Shown: positions 21,301 through 32,332 of the stretch, piece by piece
Layout: every line of letters starts with the position of its first letter
Numbering within the stretch: position 1 is the stretch's first letter
From: Candidatus Bathyarchaeota archaeon
GTDB taxonomy: Archaea; Thermoproteota; Bathyarchaeia; Bathyarchaeales; Bathycorpusculaceae
NCBI GenBank assembly: GCA_963811105.1
Contig: CAWEPZ010000013.1
Location: 96,001 to 160,000 of the forward strand
Length of the DNA: 64,000 bases
Direction: 5' to 3'
Program-made: the position numbers and the translations under genes
The notes under the pieces: model-generated
Database searches by the model: none
Told to the model about the DNA's origin: nothing
What the model saw: the letters and a program-made list of their open reading frames with translations, nothing else

Positions 21301-23319
21301 CGTCTAAATTGAAATGGTCGAGAGCAACTATTTTGAAACTGCAGTTGCCAACATTTCCGCTATCATCTGTAACATTTACGGATTTGATACCTAAGCTTGG
21401 AGATTGTGCAGTGAAAAATAGATTAGAGAAGGAACCAGTAACATTGGTAGATGGGTTTCCTGAAATAGTAACCGCAATTCCTTCAAATGTCACTATGAGG
21501 TTTGACTGAGCAGCAAATCCCTGTCCAGATATTGAAACTTGAGTACCAGTAACACCGCGTGTAGGTGTGATAGAAATTGTAGGGGTTACAACGAAATTAG
21601 TATTTACAGAATTTGCTCCGTCATTCGCTAAAACTGTTCTATTGCCTGCTGCAACAGGAGGAATAACAAAAGTTGCAGAATAACTTCCAGTGGCAGTTGC
21701 AGTCACAATAGAAGGATTGGTTATTACAGGATTTCCATCAAAATTGATAGCTATTATGGAATTATCAATAAAGTTTGAACCTGTTACAGTGACCACAGTT
21801 CCAACCGGACCAATCTGGGGAGTCATATTTATGCTGGAGGTTGTTACAGTGAAATTAGCTGAAGCATAATTGAATTTGTTATCTATAATGTTAACTGTTT
21901 TGAGTCCTGCTGTTGAACCTTGAGGGACAGTGAAGGTAGCTCCTAGATGGGATATTTCCCGTGCCATCAGCTAGTGAAGCTAAAAGGAACTTGTGCACCA
22001 TCAAATGTAGCTATGAGCCGGGAGTTGGCGGCAAAACCACCCCCAGAAACCGTAACTGGCTGACCAATTGGACCACTGCTAGGTGAAAGACTCATAGGAG
22101 CGTACTGGAGGTGTTACAACCAATTTCACTGCGTCTACTATGATAGCCCAATGGTCTGTTAGAAGGTAAAAGTGCAATTTACTGGCAAGTTGAGTGTTGG
22201 TTTTCCGTTATGAGCCTAGTTTCACCCAGACTGATCGGGGATAGAGTCGGGTCGTCCTGCGGCGCCCACGTAACTTGTGCCAGGCAAAATTTGTGCGAAA
22301 CCTGCACCTGGAGTTATTGTGGGGGTAAGCGAATCAATTTCAAATGCACCTATTACTAAATTCATTAGGAGTAATTGCGTGTTAATTGTATCTTGGGCTG
22401 GACTGGATGGGCCTGTATCGATAATTGGTCCTGAATTGTCAAATGGGGAAGCAACATTGACATCGCTGATTGCAAAAGCAATTGCCGCCCAATAATAATC
22501 GACATTAATTCAGTGCCACGTTACAGTAGAGGGTGATGTGTTATTGTTCCACCTGTGTGCATAAAGGCATAGAAGGTCTTCAATATGGCGTCCCCGCTAT
22601 ACAGACTTGGATCTGATATGGTCCGTTGAAAGATATTCCTTGTTTGCCAGTTCAGGATAGGGGTTGAGGTGGGGAGTATAGAGTATTTCCGTCATCGAAT
22701 GCGACGATCAAATAGATTAGGTCATTCGGTTTAGAAGAGTTAAGATACAACGTTACGGCGTTAGTGATCGTCAGCGAAATTGGAATTTTGTCAGCTACCT
22801 AGGAAAAGCCCCGATGAGTGATATGCCGATAAACTGATTGATCAGGGGTAAGCTGAAATGAGGTTTCCTCTCGTTGTTACAAACCAAAAGCTAAACTGAT
22901 CATAAGATGACAGCGTTTAAACAGGAGACGGAGTTGAAGTATTTAGTGCTGCTTCCGGGTTGAAGGATAAGTGATGGACGTCAATGTCATGTTACCAATC
23001 GTATTATTCGTTAAATCTTTAATCCATAAACGTACCAATTCAGTAGGAAGCGTACCATTGTTTGTGATATCGCAGAGTAAGTAAACTTATTGTTTAACAC
23101 AGCTGTTTCAGGGTTCGCAATGGATACGGTTTGGAGTTCTGTGTAGCGATCCAAATCCAGCTGTTTTGCTTGTATTGTTGTCTGTTCTAGACCGGTGTTT
23201 TGACTGAGAATAATGACAAAGCTTGCAAAAACAACCATGACTATAAGTAGGAAAAATACCATTCCGAATACTGTACCGATTCCCTTCTTGTTTCTTTGAA
23301 AATTATGGCGTAAAATCAT
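18329..23319 (-). pseudogene. Giant pilin-like adhesin (~1,660 aa if intact): class III signal peptide plus many Ig-like repeats; frameshifted at ~21945-23090
   Basis: N-terminus RNFQRNKKG|IGTVFGMVFFLLIVMVVF. Reading continues across single-base indels (ITNNGTLPTELVRLWIKD, FWFVTTRGN) into the intact 1212-aa ORF 18329-21967, which has IPT/Ig-like and GVHTF.GF.LKT repeats. Confidence 0.75.
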
Positions 23320-23854
23320 AGTCAAAAACACCCCCGCTTTTAGTTATTAAGTGAATAGTGTAAATTGAACCTGATGAAAGAGAGATGCCTTTTCCTGATA
23401 TGTCCTTCCATAATGTGAAGTAGCATTCTTTCCCAACATTCAGACTCGAGATTGTTGGTATCGGTACCCCCGAATTAATTGGTTTTAATGCAGATATCGA
23501 ATCAGTAGAATTCGCCGAGTACACTCCAACAAGGTTATAACTTGAATTGTAGAGGAATACAGAGTTGATTTGTATGTTATTTGCGCTTCCGCAATTAATT
23601 ATGTAAACAGTCAATTTCGATGAAGATGAATCATAACCTACGTTTTCAAAGCCTATTCTCTCTCCTATTGCTTGTTGACTGTCAGCCAAAGAGCTAGAAT
23701 AATTATTTGTAGCGGTTGTAGTGAGATTACTCGCATAGTAATAGGTAACTGAACCAAAAACGATTATTATCGTGGCTAACAAAACGGTTGCAAATATCGG
23801 ACTAAGCGCACGCTTATTACTTGACCAATTACCAAATTTTCTCAAATACGGCAC
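23303..23854 (-). CDS. Archaeal type IV pilin (minor)
   Basis: Class III signal KRA|LSPIFATVLLATIIIVFG; ERI.FE, YIINCG and ITKSG motifs. Confidence 0.88.
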   Translation of the reverse strand: MPYLRKFGNWSSNKRALSPIFATVLLATIIIVFGSVTYYYASNLTTTATNNYSSSLADSQQAIGERIGFENVGYDSSSSKLTVYIINCGSANNIQINSVFLYNSSYNLVGVYSANSTDSISALKPINSGVPIPTISSLNVGKECYFTLWKDISGKGISLSSGSIYTIHLITKSGGVFDYDFTP

Positions 23855-23955
23855 CTATCAATTTACCTTGGATTTTCCATTTTGATGTACTGCGATATAG
23901 CTGAAACTTTATTTTTTGTTTTTCCGGCATTTCATTTAGAGAGTTTGCTAATAAA

Positions 23956-24300
23956 CTATGTTTCTTCTGGTACTGGTACTATTTCGTCTGTTCCATCCTT
24001 TCTTTCGAAGTCTGTTACTTTTCGTCTGCTACTTAATGGATTTATTATTGGAATGGGCTTTCGTGACACAACTTCAAAGGCATAAAGAGCCCTATCTGTT
24101 CCCCATCCATTCATTAGTTTCCTGTCTTTGAAAGAAGACATCCTGAATTTCAACTTCTTCAATGATTTTGCAATCTTTAAGTGCTAAATCGCATTTGTGA
24201 GCATCAAAGTCTTTAGCGAAATATTTTTCTGCTATGAGAACATTTAAGAATCAAACCGAACCAAGCTCTTCTATCTCGCTTTTTCCCTTCTGGTTATCGG
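23956..24300 (-). pseudogene. Degraded hypothetical gene inside the pilin cluster
   Basis: Protein-like segments (FDAHKCDL..., LMNGWGTDRALYAFEVV) lie in different frames. Confidence 0.3.
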
Positions 24301-24549
24301 GAAAAAGACCACTCCCCTATTATTTTCATATTTTCAGCTACTACCTTCGAGTCAAGACTTATCAAATGGAAATTCGCTGTCTTATTCGAATTAGAGTTGC
24401 TATTAGTTGAGGATCACATGGCTTCTTTGGATGGCAAAATTGAAGCTTAGCATATTCCAGATACAGAAACTAATCATAGATAAGACTTTGAATTATCTTC
24501 TGAAAAACTAAACAAAAAAGAAATAAAGTTTAGCGGAAAAACCGCTTAT

Positions 24550-25020
24550 TTAGACTGTAAAGCTTGGTGAGATGAAGTTACCGCCTGCGCTAGTAACCAA
24601 TGTTGCTGTGTAAGTTCCAGCAGTCAACGTAGTTGAGCCAGTTATAGTGTATAATGTTCCCTGAACCATGGCACCTACTGGGCTTGGAGCTGGAGAAGCT
24701 GGGGCTGTAATTGCCGCTGTAACAGTTGCAACTGTGTTTCCTTGCGCGTTCTTTATTATTAGGCTGTTAACAATCGGGGTAGGTCCTCCAGTGCATTGAG
24801 CATAAACAGTAACAGTTCCAGAGGTTCCGGTAGTATATTGTGCTGCTTGTATCGAAATTTTCTCTTGTGCTGCGCCTCCGCCTCCAGTCATGGTTGCTAA
24901 TGTCCCGCTTGTAAACATGTAAACGACTACACCAGCGATAACTGCAATAGCAATGAGAATAAGAGTTGCGAAAATTGGTGAAATAGCTTTCGAATTCTTC
25001 ATAAATTTCCTGAAATTCAT
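24550..25020 (-). CDS. Archaeal type IV pilin (probable major pilin)
   Basis: KA|ISPIFATLILIAIAVIAGVVVY class III signal, strong GGAGGTG SD, own TATA (TTTATAA) upstream. Confidence 0.92.
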   Translation of the reverse strand: MNFRKFMKNSKAISPIFATLILIAIAVIAGVVVYMFTSGTLATMTGGGGAAQEKISIQAAQYTTGTSGTVTVYAQCTGGPTPIVNSLIIKNAQGNTVATVTAAITAPASPAPSPVGAMVQGTLYTITGSTTLTAGTYTATLVTSAGGNFISPSFTV

Positions 25021-25454
25021 TTTTTTCTTTACACCTCCTCATAGATCTAGTGTGTGACATTCAATTCCGAGCGTTTGCTTATAAACTGCGTTTCTTACCA
25101 ATACATATTGCAAATTCAGATATTTTACAGGTCAACGTAATGGAATCAAAAAGATTAGCTTTGATCTATTTGGCAATATATTTGGTAAAAAGAAGACACT
25201 CCCAACCGAATGGAAAGCGAAAGCTGCAGTTTTGAAAATATTTGTTGAATAGTTAAATCTAAAATGTGTGCATGCCCCTGCGAATTTCTTAGATAGACAA
25301 AATACACGTGTATCTATTCATTTTTAATGCATTTATTCATGGAAAAAGGGGAAAAGGAAAAAAATAAGATGCTGCGTTTAAATTCCGAGTCGCAAAATAG
25401 CAGCTTAACTAACTACAAAAGAAAAAAAAGGGAAGAGATTGTTTTTTCTTGACT

Positions 25455-28106
25455 TTATCTTTTTCGTAGAATGAGTACGCCCACTATTGCTATGGCGATA
25501 ATTATAGCTATGACACCTACTGCGATGGCGCTCATTATTGGCGTGTTATCAACTTCCAAGGCCACTGTTGATGAGGTAGGGCTATTTGTTGGCGCTGCTC
25601 CAATTGATATTGCTGTTGCTGCTCCGGAACTGCCGTAGGAATCATCGCCTTGAAAACTAGCGATTATCTGATAAGTTCCTTCCAAGTCTGGTGTCCATTC
25701 TTTGGCAAACGTGCCATAGTAACCGTTGGTTGTTGCAGTGCCAATGTTTATTGCGTTGTTGTTTGGATCAATAGCGGTAAGTACTACTGGAACTCCAGTT
25801 ATTGTTTCGTTGTGCCATATGCCATCAATTGGCAATTGTACGTGGATATGTTCCATTTGAAGGGCCATCGAATCCTTGGAGACACATGGCGTGTTAGGCT
25901 GCGCAGGCGATAGGTCCATCACTGTGCCTTTTATGACTACGCCGGTTCCTTTTGGTACAACAACGTCTGGTGCTGTTACTGTAGTGGCGCTTTTGCCCTT
26001 GCCGAAAACATATGTATAACCGTCGCTTCCGCCAAGCGCCAAGTATCCGTCTGCAACTGGGCCCACATCGGTGGTGTGTTTAGAGCCGCCTCCTGGTATG
26101 CCTACTTTCCAAAGGTCTTCACCTGTTGTGGCGTTGACGCAGTGCATTTGCCAGCCTCGTGTAATAGGTACGCTGGCTGAGTGTTCAGTGTTGTAGAAGT
26201 AGTATTTTCCATCAGCGATTGCGCCTCCAACGTTTGTTGAATAGACTGTTGTGCCATTAGCGTCAGTGTATGGAGTTTCGTATGGGGCTGCAGCTACTGA
26301 ACTATACCTCCAAGCTATGTTGCCGGTATTCCAGTCGAAAGCGTAGACTCCGCCATAGCCATTTCGGAATAGCAAGCCGTATGCCGATAGTACGTTGTAG
26401 CCTCCAAAACCTGGATCATCCCATGGATAACCCATCTTTTGACTCTTCCATACTAACGCGCCTGTGTTGATGTTTAATGCGGTAAAGTAGCCTTGTTCTG
26501 AGAGCATGGCGAATTTGCCGTGGTCAGCATAATCGGTGCTTGAACTGTATTCCCATTCGTCAAGCGAAACGTTCCATATCTGCTTGCCTGTTGCCAAACT
26601 GGCTGCCATGACATTAGTTTTGTATGGTGCTCCACCAATGAATGTTTTTGATGTCAGAATAGCCACGCCTGCTTGGTAATCGGTGATTTCGGGGAAGCTG
26701 TTCCAGGGCCAAGTGATGTTGCTGGCGATTCTTGTTGAGAATGTGTTTGAGGTCCCAAATGTGGTCCAGTTAATTAAGCGGTAACGTTGGTCCGCTGAGA
26801 CTGAGGCGCCAAGGTCTTGAAGCCCCATGACATACCCATTCATGTAGTATATGTTGGTGCCAGTCATTGGTGCAATCGAGTAGTTGCCAACCATTGCTCC
26901 AGTCCATGGGTCATACTTTCTTAGGAAGCCATTACCGATAGATAGGAAATTCACCGATGTCAAGTGTTGGGCTACGCCAGCTACTTCTCCTCCGGGTAGT
27001 AGACCTTGGTTGAAGTACTCAATAACTGTTGGTGCTGATTCACCTGCCTCTAAGGGTCTTTGCCATATCAACTCACCTGTCCGAAAATCATTACATCGCC
27101 AGTAGGGTATCGCTGTTTTGCCAGTACCAGGTTGCGATACGTCTTTGCCAGCATAAGAATCATAGCCATTGTAAGTGTAGGCTCTTCCAGAATATACTAT
27201 CGTTGGAAAACGTCCAACTCCGCTACCTGAGAATAGTGTTACGTCTGCAATTTCTGTCCCATAGTCTCCGCCGGCGATGCCGCCTATAGCAAACTGTTGT
27301 TTCCAAGCTACATGTGCACTGTTTGGTCCTTGAACCCAGGGGGTGAAGGTGCCTCTCCAAGGACCGCCCATGCCGCTAACCTGGTATCCGCCCCAATATG
27401 GATTGGTATTAGGGTAAAGAAGATCCCACATGGGACCGCCGCTGGGACCACGCCATGGGAAGTTTCCTGCGATTGGCCACCATTCTCTGTAATCATAGGA
27501 TACGGGTCGTGTCCAATAGTCGGTTGGAAGTGGCATTGAGGGGTAAGACTGAACCAAGTCTTGCTGGACAGTTATGTTCATTACTGGGCTTGTTGAAGGA
27601 CTGTAGTATACGGCGTCAGTGTAGACTGTTCCTCCTGTCGTTGCGGTTATGATTTGTCCGTTAAGGTATCTGCCTGCTGGGAAATACATTCCTGTGAAGT
27701 CGAACTTGAAGCTCCATGTGCCTACTTGGTCAGGGGTACGTTCGAACCATGTTGTTCCGTCTGCTGGATAGGAATCTTTTGTGACTACTTCGGTGGTTCC
27801 GTCTGGTTTTGTGATTGTTACTTTCAGGTCTTTGAAGACGCGTTCTGCGTTTGGCGCTGGCACTGGAAACAGGTTCACCATGAATTGCTGGCCAAGACCT
27901 AAAGTTGTTGGTCTTATACTGATGTAGGCAACGGTAGCAACTGTGAAGTTAACAGTAGCACCTGAAGGTAAAGGTCCGCTGACTGGTTGTATCGCTGCAG
28001 CTTGGGCTTTTGTTTGTACGCTTAGGAAGGGGATTGCAGAAGTCATCATGAGTATTAACATTGCGATTACTAGAGTGTCCTTTCGGTTTCCTTTCAATAA
28101 TTGCAT
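25455..28106 (-). CDS. Secreted PQQ-like beta-propeller repeat protein with C-terminal TM anchor
   Basis: Signal peptide, PLPTDYWTRP, GPNSAHVAW, repeated ATG..W blades, Ig-like tail and TM+RKR end; a family expanded in Bathyarchaeia. Confidence 0.85.
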   Translation of the reverse strand: MQLLKGNRKDTLVIAMLILMMTSAIPFLSVQTKAQAAAIQPVSGPLPSGATVNFTVATVAYISIRPTTLGLGQQFMVNLFPVPAPNAERVFKDLKVTITKPDGTTEVVTKDSYPADGTTWFERTPDQVGTWSFKFDFTGMYFPAGRYLNGQIITATTGGTVYTDAVYYSPSTSPVMNITVQQDLVQSYPSMPLPTDYWTRPVSYDYREWWPIAGNFPWRGPSGGPMWDLLYPNTNPYWGGYQVSGMGGPWRGTFTPWVQGPNSAHVAWKQQFAIGGIAGGDYGTEIADVTLFSGSGVGRFPTIVYSGRAYTYNGYDSYAGKDVSQPGTGKTAIPYWRCNDFRTGELIWQRPLEAGESAPTVIEYFNQGLLPGGEVAGVAQHLTSVNFLSIGNGFLRKYDPWTGAMVGNYSIAPMTGTNIYYMNGYVMGLQDLGASVSADQRYRLINWTTFGTSNTFSTRIASNITWPWNSFPEITDYQAGVAILTSKTFIGGAPYKTNVMAASLATGKQIWNVSLDEWEYSSSTDYADHGKFAMLSEQGYFTALNINTGALVWKSQKMGYPWDDPGFGGYNVLSAYGLLFRNGYGGVYAFDWNTGNIAWRYSSVAAAPYETPYTDANGTTVYSTNVGGAIADGKYYFYNTEHSASVPITRGWQMHCVNATTGEDLWKVGIPGGGSKHTTDVGPVADGYLALGGSDGYTYVFGKGKSATTVTAPDVVVPKGTGVVIKGTVMDLSPAQPNTPCVSKDSMALQMEHIHVQLPIDGIWHNETITGVPVVLTAIDPNNNAINIGTATTNGYYGTFAKEWTPDLEGTYQIIASFQGDDSYGSSGAATAISIGAAPTNSPTSSTVALEVDNTPIMSAIAVGVIAIIIAIAIVGVLILRKR

Positions 28107-28593
28107 ATTTTCTTCTCCTTACGATTTTACAATTGCAAAGCGATCGAATGTTTCACAAGTCAATATTTGAAGTGGTTTGTATTTATATTTTTTGAATGAA
28201 CTGAACAGACGAAATCGCCACGTTCTCTGTAATCACAGCATGATAAGTAAAATAGGACACCATTGAGAATTGAGTTAGAAAAAGAAGAGAATCAGATCGT
28301 ATATCCAACCCAAATAACCAGCGACTAAATCAAGCGAGATCTAACTGCAAAGATGTCGTCCGAGAAAAATCTAAAAAAACTATCTTTAACAACAATGATA
28401 ACGTAGAAATGGAAAAATAAAATTTCAACAAATAATCCATAGGGTTCCTCAGAGGATCCTGAAAATTGTTTTGGTTTTTCCTACCCCATTGTCCCAAATG
28501 GAACACAAATACTACAATTTGTGACATAAAAGTCGCAATACTTAAAAGATATCGACATTGACAGATACATTAATCAAAACAAGTGAAAGATAA

Positions 28594-28812
28594 ATGACAA
28601 ATCCTGCAAATTCAAAATTTCAGAATATTGAAAACAAACCAAAATGTCCAGACTGCGATTCAGAGCTAAGTATTCCCCTTGACGTAGAAAAAGGAGAAGT
28701 ACTAAGCTGCCCCGGTTGCGGACTTGAACTCGAGGTTAAAAAAACAACAGATGGAGGTGGATGCTTAGATCTTCAAGAGTTAACCATTGAAGGCGAAGAT
28801 TGGGGCGAATAA
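28594..28812 (+). CDS. lysW: LysW/ArgW amino-group carrier protein
   Basis: CPDC...CPGC zinc ribbon, acidic, ends in the hallmark EDWGE. Confidence 0.88.
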   Translation: MTNPANSKFQNIENKPKCPDCDSELSIPLDVEKGEVLSCPGCGLELEVKKTTDGGGCLDLQELTIEGEDWGE

Positions 28813-28954
28813 TTATATTTGCCTAAATTTAACGTATTTTTTAATGTTTTTCTCATTTTTTATTTGAATTTTCAGTTTGAAAATGTCACTTTGAAAAAAA
28901 GTTCTTATTTAAGACAGGCTTTTCTGTTAGTGTTGATTGCGAGGTCTGCAATAA

Positions 28955-29125
28955 TTGACAGTTCTATGTCCCGTATGTGATTATGTTTTCTCTGATAAAG
29001 AAGATTTCTTAAAGCACTTTGCTGTGGGAGAGACAATTCAATGTCCTGTTTGTGAAACAGAGCTTGAATTAAATAAGGACTTGCAACTGGTAGAAGTGGA
29101 TTTAGAGAGTACAGATGACGAGTAA
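28955..29125 (+). CDS. 56-aa LysW-like zinc-ribbon protein lacking EDWGE
   Basis: TTG start with GAGGT SD; MTVLCPVCD...VGETIQCPVCETELEL...VEVDLESTDDE*; below the track cutoff. Confidence 0.75.
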   Translation: MTVLCPVCDYVFSDKEDFLKHFAVGETIQCPVCETELELNKDLQLVEVDLESTDDE

Positions 29126-29262
29126 CATCGTTATTAGAACGTTTATAATCTGTACGGAAAAGATTAGTTTTAATTCAACTCAAAAAGTGCTTGTAACGTT
29201 TGTCTACAAAAATTGTTTATAAAGTAAATTCAGTTATGAAAATTCAATATGTTCTAAAGAAA

Positions 29263-29618
29263 ATGCTAGATTATGAGTCCACCATTGAGGATATTAAGAA
29301 AAACATAGGTGTTGTGCTTGATAGTCTAAGCCCATTTCACAAGACGTGTCCTTCATGAATGGTCGGAAATGAAAAAAATATTCGTTCTTAAAAACAAAGA
29401 TGCCCGCAAAACACTGGGAACTTATGGGTTTAGCTGTTGCAGCCACCATCAAATGTCCATACCGCACGCCGTCAAAATGAACGAAGCTACTGACGACGAA
29501 ATCGCCGAAACTGCATTTCTTGCCAGTTTTACGACAGGTTGAGCGAAATGATGCATGCAACAAGTATTGATTTAGAAACATTCAAGATGCAATTTTCTGA
29601 AGCAGAAGCATTTCTATA
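29263..29618 (+). pseudogene. Carboxymuconolactone decarboxylase/AhpD family pseudogene
   Basis: MLDYESTIEDIKKNIG / KMPAKHWELMGLAVAATIKCPY / ATDDEIAETAFLAS segments occur in different frames with stops. Confidence 0.7.
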
Positions 29619-29817
29619 AAAGAAAAATAGTTTGCCAAGAATAGTCAAACCTTCCACTTTTCTTTCCAAAGTTCAAGCCTAATTGAGAGAGAAAAAGATT
29701 TTTGACAATTCTGGATTAATTTGTGTGATGGCACAGAGGGGTTTGGGATTAAATCTTATTCATCCAAGACGGGCTACATTGTCGACAGTCCGATACAGCT
29801 TGTAACCTCTGTTTAGT

Positions 29818-30024
29818 TTATGTGGAAACTACAACGAGTTTTACTTGAATGTCCCTAGATTCTAGGGCTTTCTGCACAATGCGCTTGTACTTTAGCTGCA
29901 ACATTTCATAGTCATCGATATCAGGATCTTTGACTCTAAGCTTAACAAATAAGAACAGACTTCTTTCTCGTACTCCAATCTGTGATTTAATATCGTTTAA
30001 GTCAATTGGTTTATTTTCTGCCAA
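29818..30024 (-). CDS. Hypothetical small protein
   Basis: 68-aa ORF with GGTGA SD before the TTG start. Confidence 0.55.
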   Translation of the reverse strand: MAENKPIDLNDIKSQIGVRERSLFLFVKLRVKDPDIDDYEMLQLKYKRIVQKALESRDIQVKLVVVST

Positions 30025-30487
30025 ACTATATCACCGTCCTATACAAGAATTCTGGTATCTATTGGGTTTAGGCTTTCTACTTATAACTTTTGGCACTATC
30101 AACTGCTCCAATATTTTGGAAAGAAAAAGGCACACAGAACCCAAATTATCAGACCATCACAAATTTATCTAAGAAAAAGCAGAATCCGCTAGAACTGAAG
30201 GATCAGCTTAGCCTAAAGATGTGCTGTTACTCCAACGGATAGTGCCATTCCTATTTCTAAGGCATTTACTTTCTGACCTGCCATATGACGGTTAATAGAT
30301 TCTAGACCGAGTATTCATTGTAACTTTGAGACCTAGGCGCACTTGGAATTCAATCACTTTCTAGGAGGATCCAATTATGATAGATTTTAAATACAGCGAG
30401 CAATATCAAGATTAATTAGGAGTTACTCGTGCAAAAGAAGTACCTTTCGAGTGCTTTTCTGTTTTTTGCGATAGGAGGTGGACCTTA

Positions 30488-30856
30488 TTGAGTAGAAAAG
30501 GAGTGATCGCTTTCGCACTTTTAGGCTTAGTTATTGGATTAATTATAGGATATTCGATATCTATCGTAGTACCATTTCAATTGGCTGGTCAGAAACCATC
30601 TATCTCGTTGAATTCAAATGAAGTCAAGGCAGGCGGGCAATATACTGCCACGCTTACTGGTTTTCCGGCTAATACCGAAATATACGGCTGGACAGTAAAT
30701 CAGAATGTGTCTCAATGTTTTACTGCTGGAACTACTGACGCAAACGGCAAACTTGTAGTATCATCAAGTGCGCCTCAAACAGTGGGAACATTGCCCTTAG
30801 TTGCGTGCGACAAATCAGAAACTATCTGGGTGGCTACATATTTAACAGTGACCTAA
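30488..30856 (+). CDS. Small membrane-anchored/secreted Ig-like protein
   Basis: N-terminal TM helix followed by a beta-rich domain (TGFPANT, TTDANG); GGAGGTG SD. Confidence 0.7.
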   Translation: MSRKGVIAFALLGLVIGLIIGYSISIVVPFQLAGQKPSISLNSNEVKAGGQYTATLTGFPANTEIYGWTVNQNVSQCFTAGTTDANGKLVVSSSAPQTVGTLPLVACDKSETIWVATYLTVT

Positions 30857-31154
30857 GTACAAGAAAGGTCAATGCACTGATCTGGACTCTCAGAAAGCCT
30901 TTCTTTATAATAGGACAATGAAAGGAAAGCAGTCTGAAGTCTTTTTCTTTTACACACTTTTCTTGAATTTAAGCTCATGCAAGTAAGCCATAAAAAAAAT
31001 TAGATTTTGATTCAATACCTACTATCATTCGGTTAAAAATTGTTTTTCTTTGAGAAAGAAAAAGAGCGTAAAAAAGTCTACGTTCTATTTTTGGGCCACC
31101 TTCAACGCACGGAATAAGGGTCACTGTAGAAAATTAATCAGTAATTTGTTTAGA

Positions 31155-31700
31155 TTAGGTAGCCTTACCGTCTTTGCAGAAGTAGAGTGTAGGTTTGGCT
31201 TTCATCAGATTATAATCTTTGAAGACTTGGCATCCGTTGCAAATGCACATTTTGCTGAAATCAAGATCTTTACATATTGCAGTACCGTTGGCACAATAGG
31301 GTCCAGGCATGTCTTCTGTTTTAGGCTGCATCATCGCAATCTGCTCTTTTGGCATATTCTTCATCATTTCGTCACTCATTTTCTTCATATCTTCCCGACT
31401 CATGCTCAACATTTGTTCTATGCCCATATTTTTTACTATTTCGGCGTTCTTAATCATTCCTTCGTTCTTCATTATGTCGGGGATCATGTTTTTCATTTCT
31501 TCAGGGCTCAAGTGTTTCATCATTTCGGGGTCCATGTTCTTTGCCATTTCAGAATTTCTTACCATCTCCAATCTGGTTGCTATTTTGGGTTTAGCGCATT
31601 CACTATTTGCTTGAACTGGGCATGATACGCACTTGCATTTCATCATTACATCAAAGGTTAACGGAACATTAATTGCTCGTTTGTGACCTAAAAAATCCAA
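31155..31700 (-). CDS. DUF2769-type Cys-rich protein with Met-rich internal repeats
   Basis: CKCVSCP...C and YC.NG...C...CICNGCQVF...YFC..G motifs; GGAGGT SD before TTG 31700. Confidence 0.75.
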   Translation of the reverse strand: MDFLGHKRAINVPLTFDVMMKCKCVSCPVQANSECAKPKIATRLEMVRNSEMAKNMDPEMMKHLSPEEMKNMIPDIMKNEGMIKNAEIVKNMGIEQMLSMSREDMKKMSDEMMKNMPKEQIAMMQPKTEDMPGPYCANGTAICKDLDFSKMCICNGCQVFKDYNLMKAKPTLYFCKDGKAT

Positions 31701-32018
31701 AAGTATACCTCCAAAAAAATCTAATTTAGTTAAAGACATAACGGCCAATTAAACTTTACTTCAGAACAAATTATTTTCAACATATTAATCGCCCATTTTA
31801 ACAATGAATATCTAATCATATCCGTTTCTCCAGACGTAAATCACTTAAAGCAAGCTTTGCCGTCAACTCGTACTCCCCATTATGAGAGTGTTACCTTAAT
31901 CAGTAAGTGAGCCACAAAAGCAAAAAACAAGCAAGCATACAACTCTGAAAATCTTATTATATTAACAGCTTTGAATCTAAAAAAAGGTGGAGACTATAGA
32001 AATTATGCGAACGACGGC

Positions 32019-32228
32019 TTATTTTTCTCTTTGCACCACAAAAGCAATTTTGACGACCGCTCTGTATTCAACGATTTTGTTGTTTTCTACTTTTGCCTTG
32101 CAACTTTTCAAGTAAATAGATTTAATGTTCTTAACTGTCAGTGCTGCTTCTGCCAAGGCATTTTTCGCCGCATCTTCCCAGTCTTTTGGTGAGCTACCTA
32201 TTAGTTCTATGACTTTTACAACTGCCAT
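32019..32228 (-). CDS. Dodecin family flavin-binding protein
   Basis: VVKVIELIGSSPKDWEDAAKNA...EYRAVVKIAF. Confidence 0.9.
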   Translation of the reverse strand: MAVVKVIELIGSSPKDWEDAAKNALAEAALTVKNIKSIYLKSCKAKVENNKIVEYRAVVKIAFVVQREK

Positions 32229-32332
32229 TTCTTAAACTATCCAATATATAATATGTTTAACTCTCTATTATTTTTTGCATTGTTTGCATAAAGTTTTTGA
32301 GGAACTTTTCTATCTTTATTCGTGGTGATATT

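Noticed and set aside
21945-23090. Diversity-generating retroelement target
   Set aside because: No reverse transcriptase or template repeat; lesions are indels, not adenine-specific substitutions.
16289-25020. Archaellum locus
   Set aside because: No ArlH/F/G or archaellin-length subunits; two separate PilC genes and short pilins indicate an adhesive type IV pilus.
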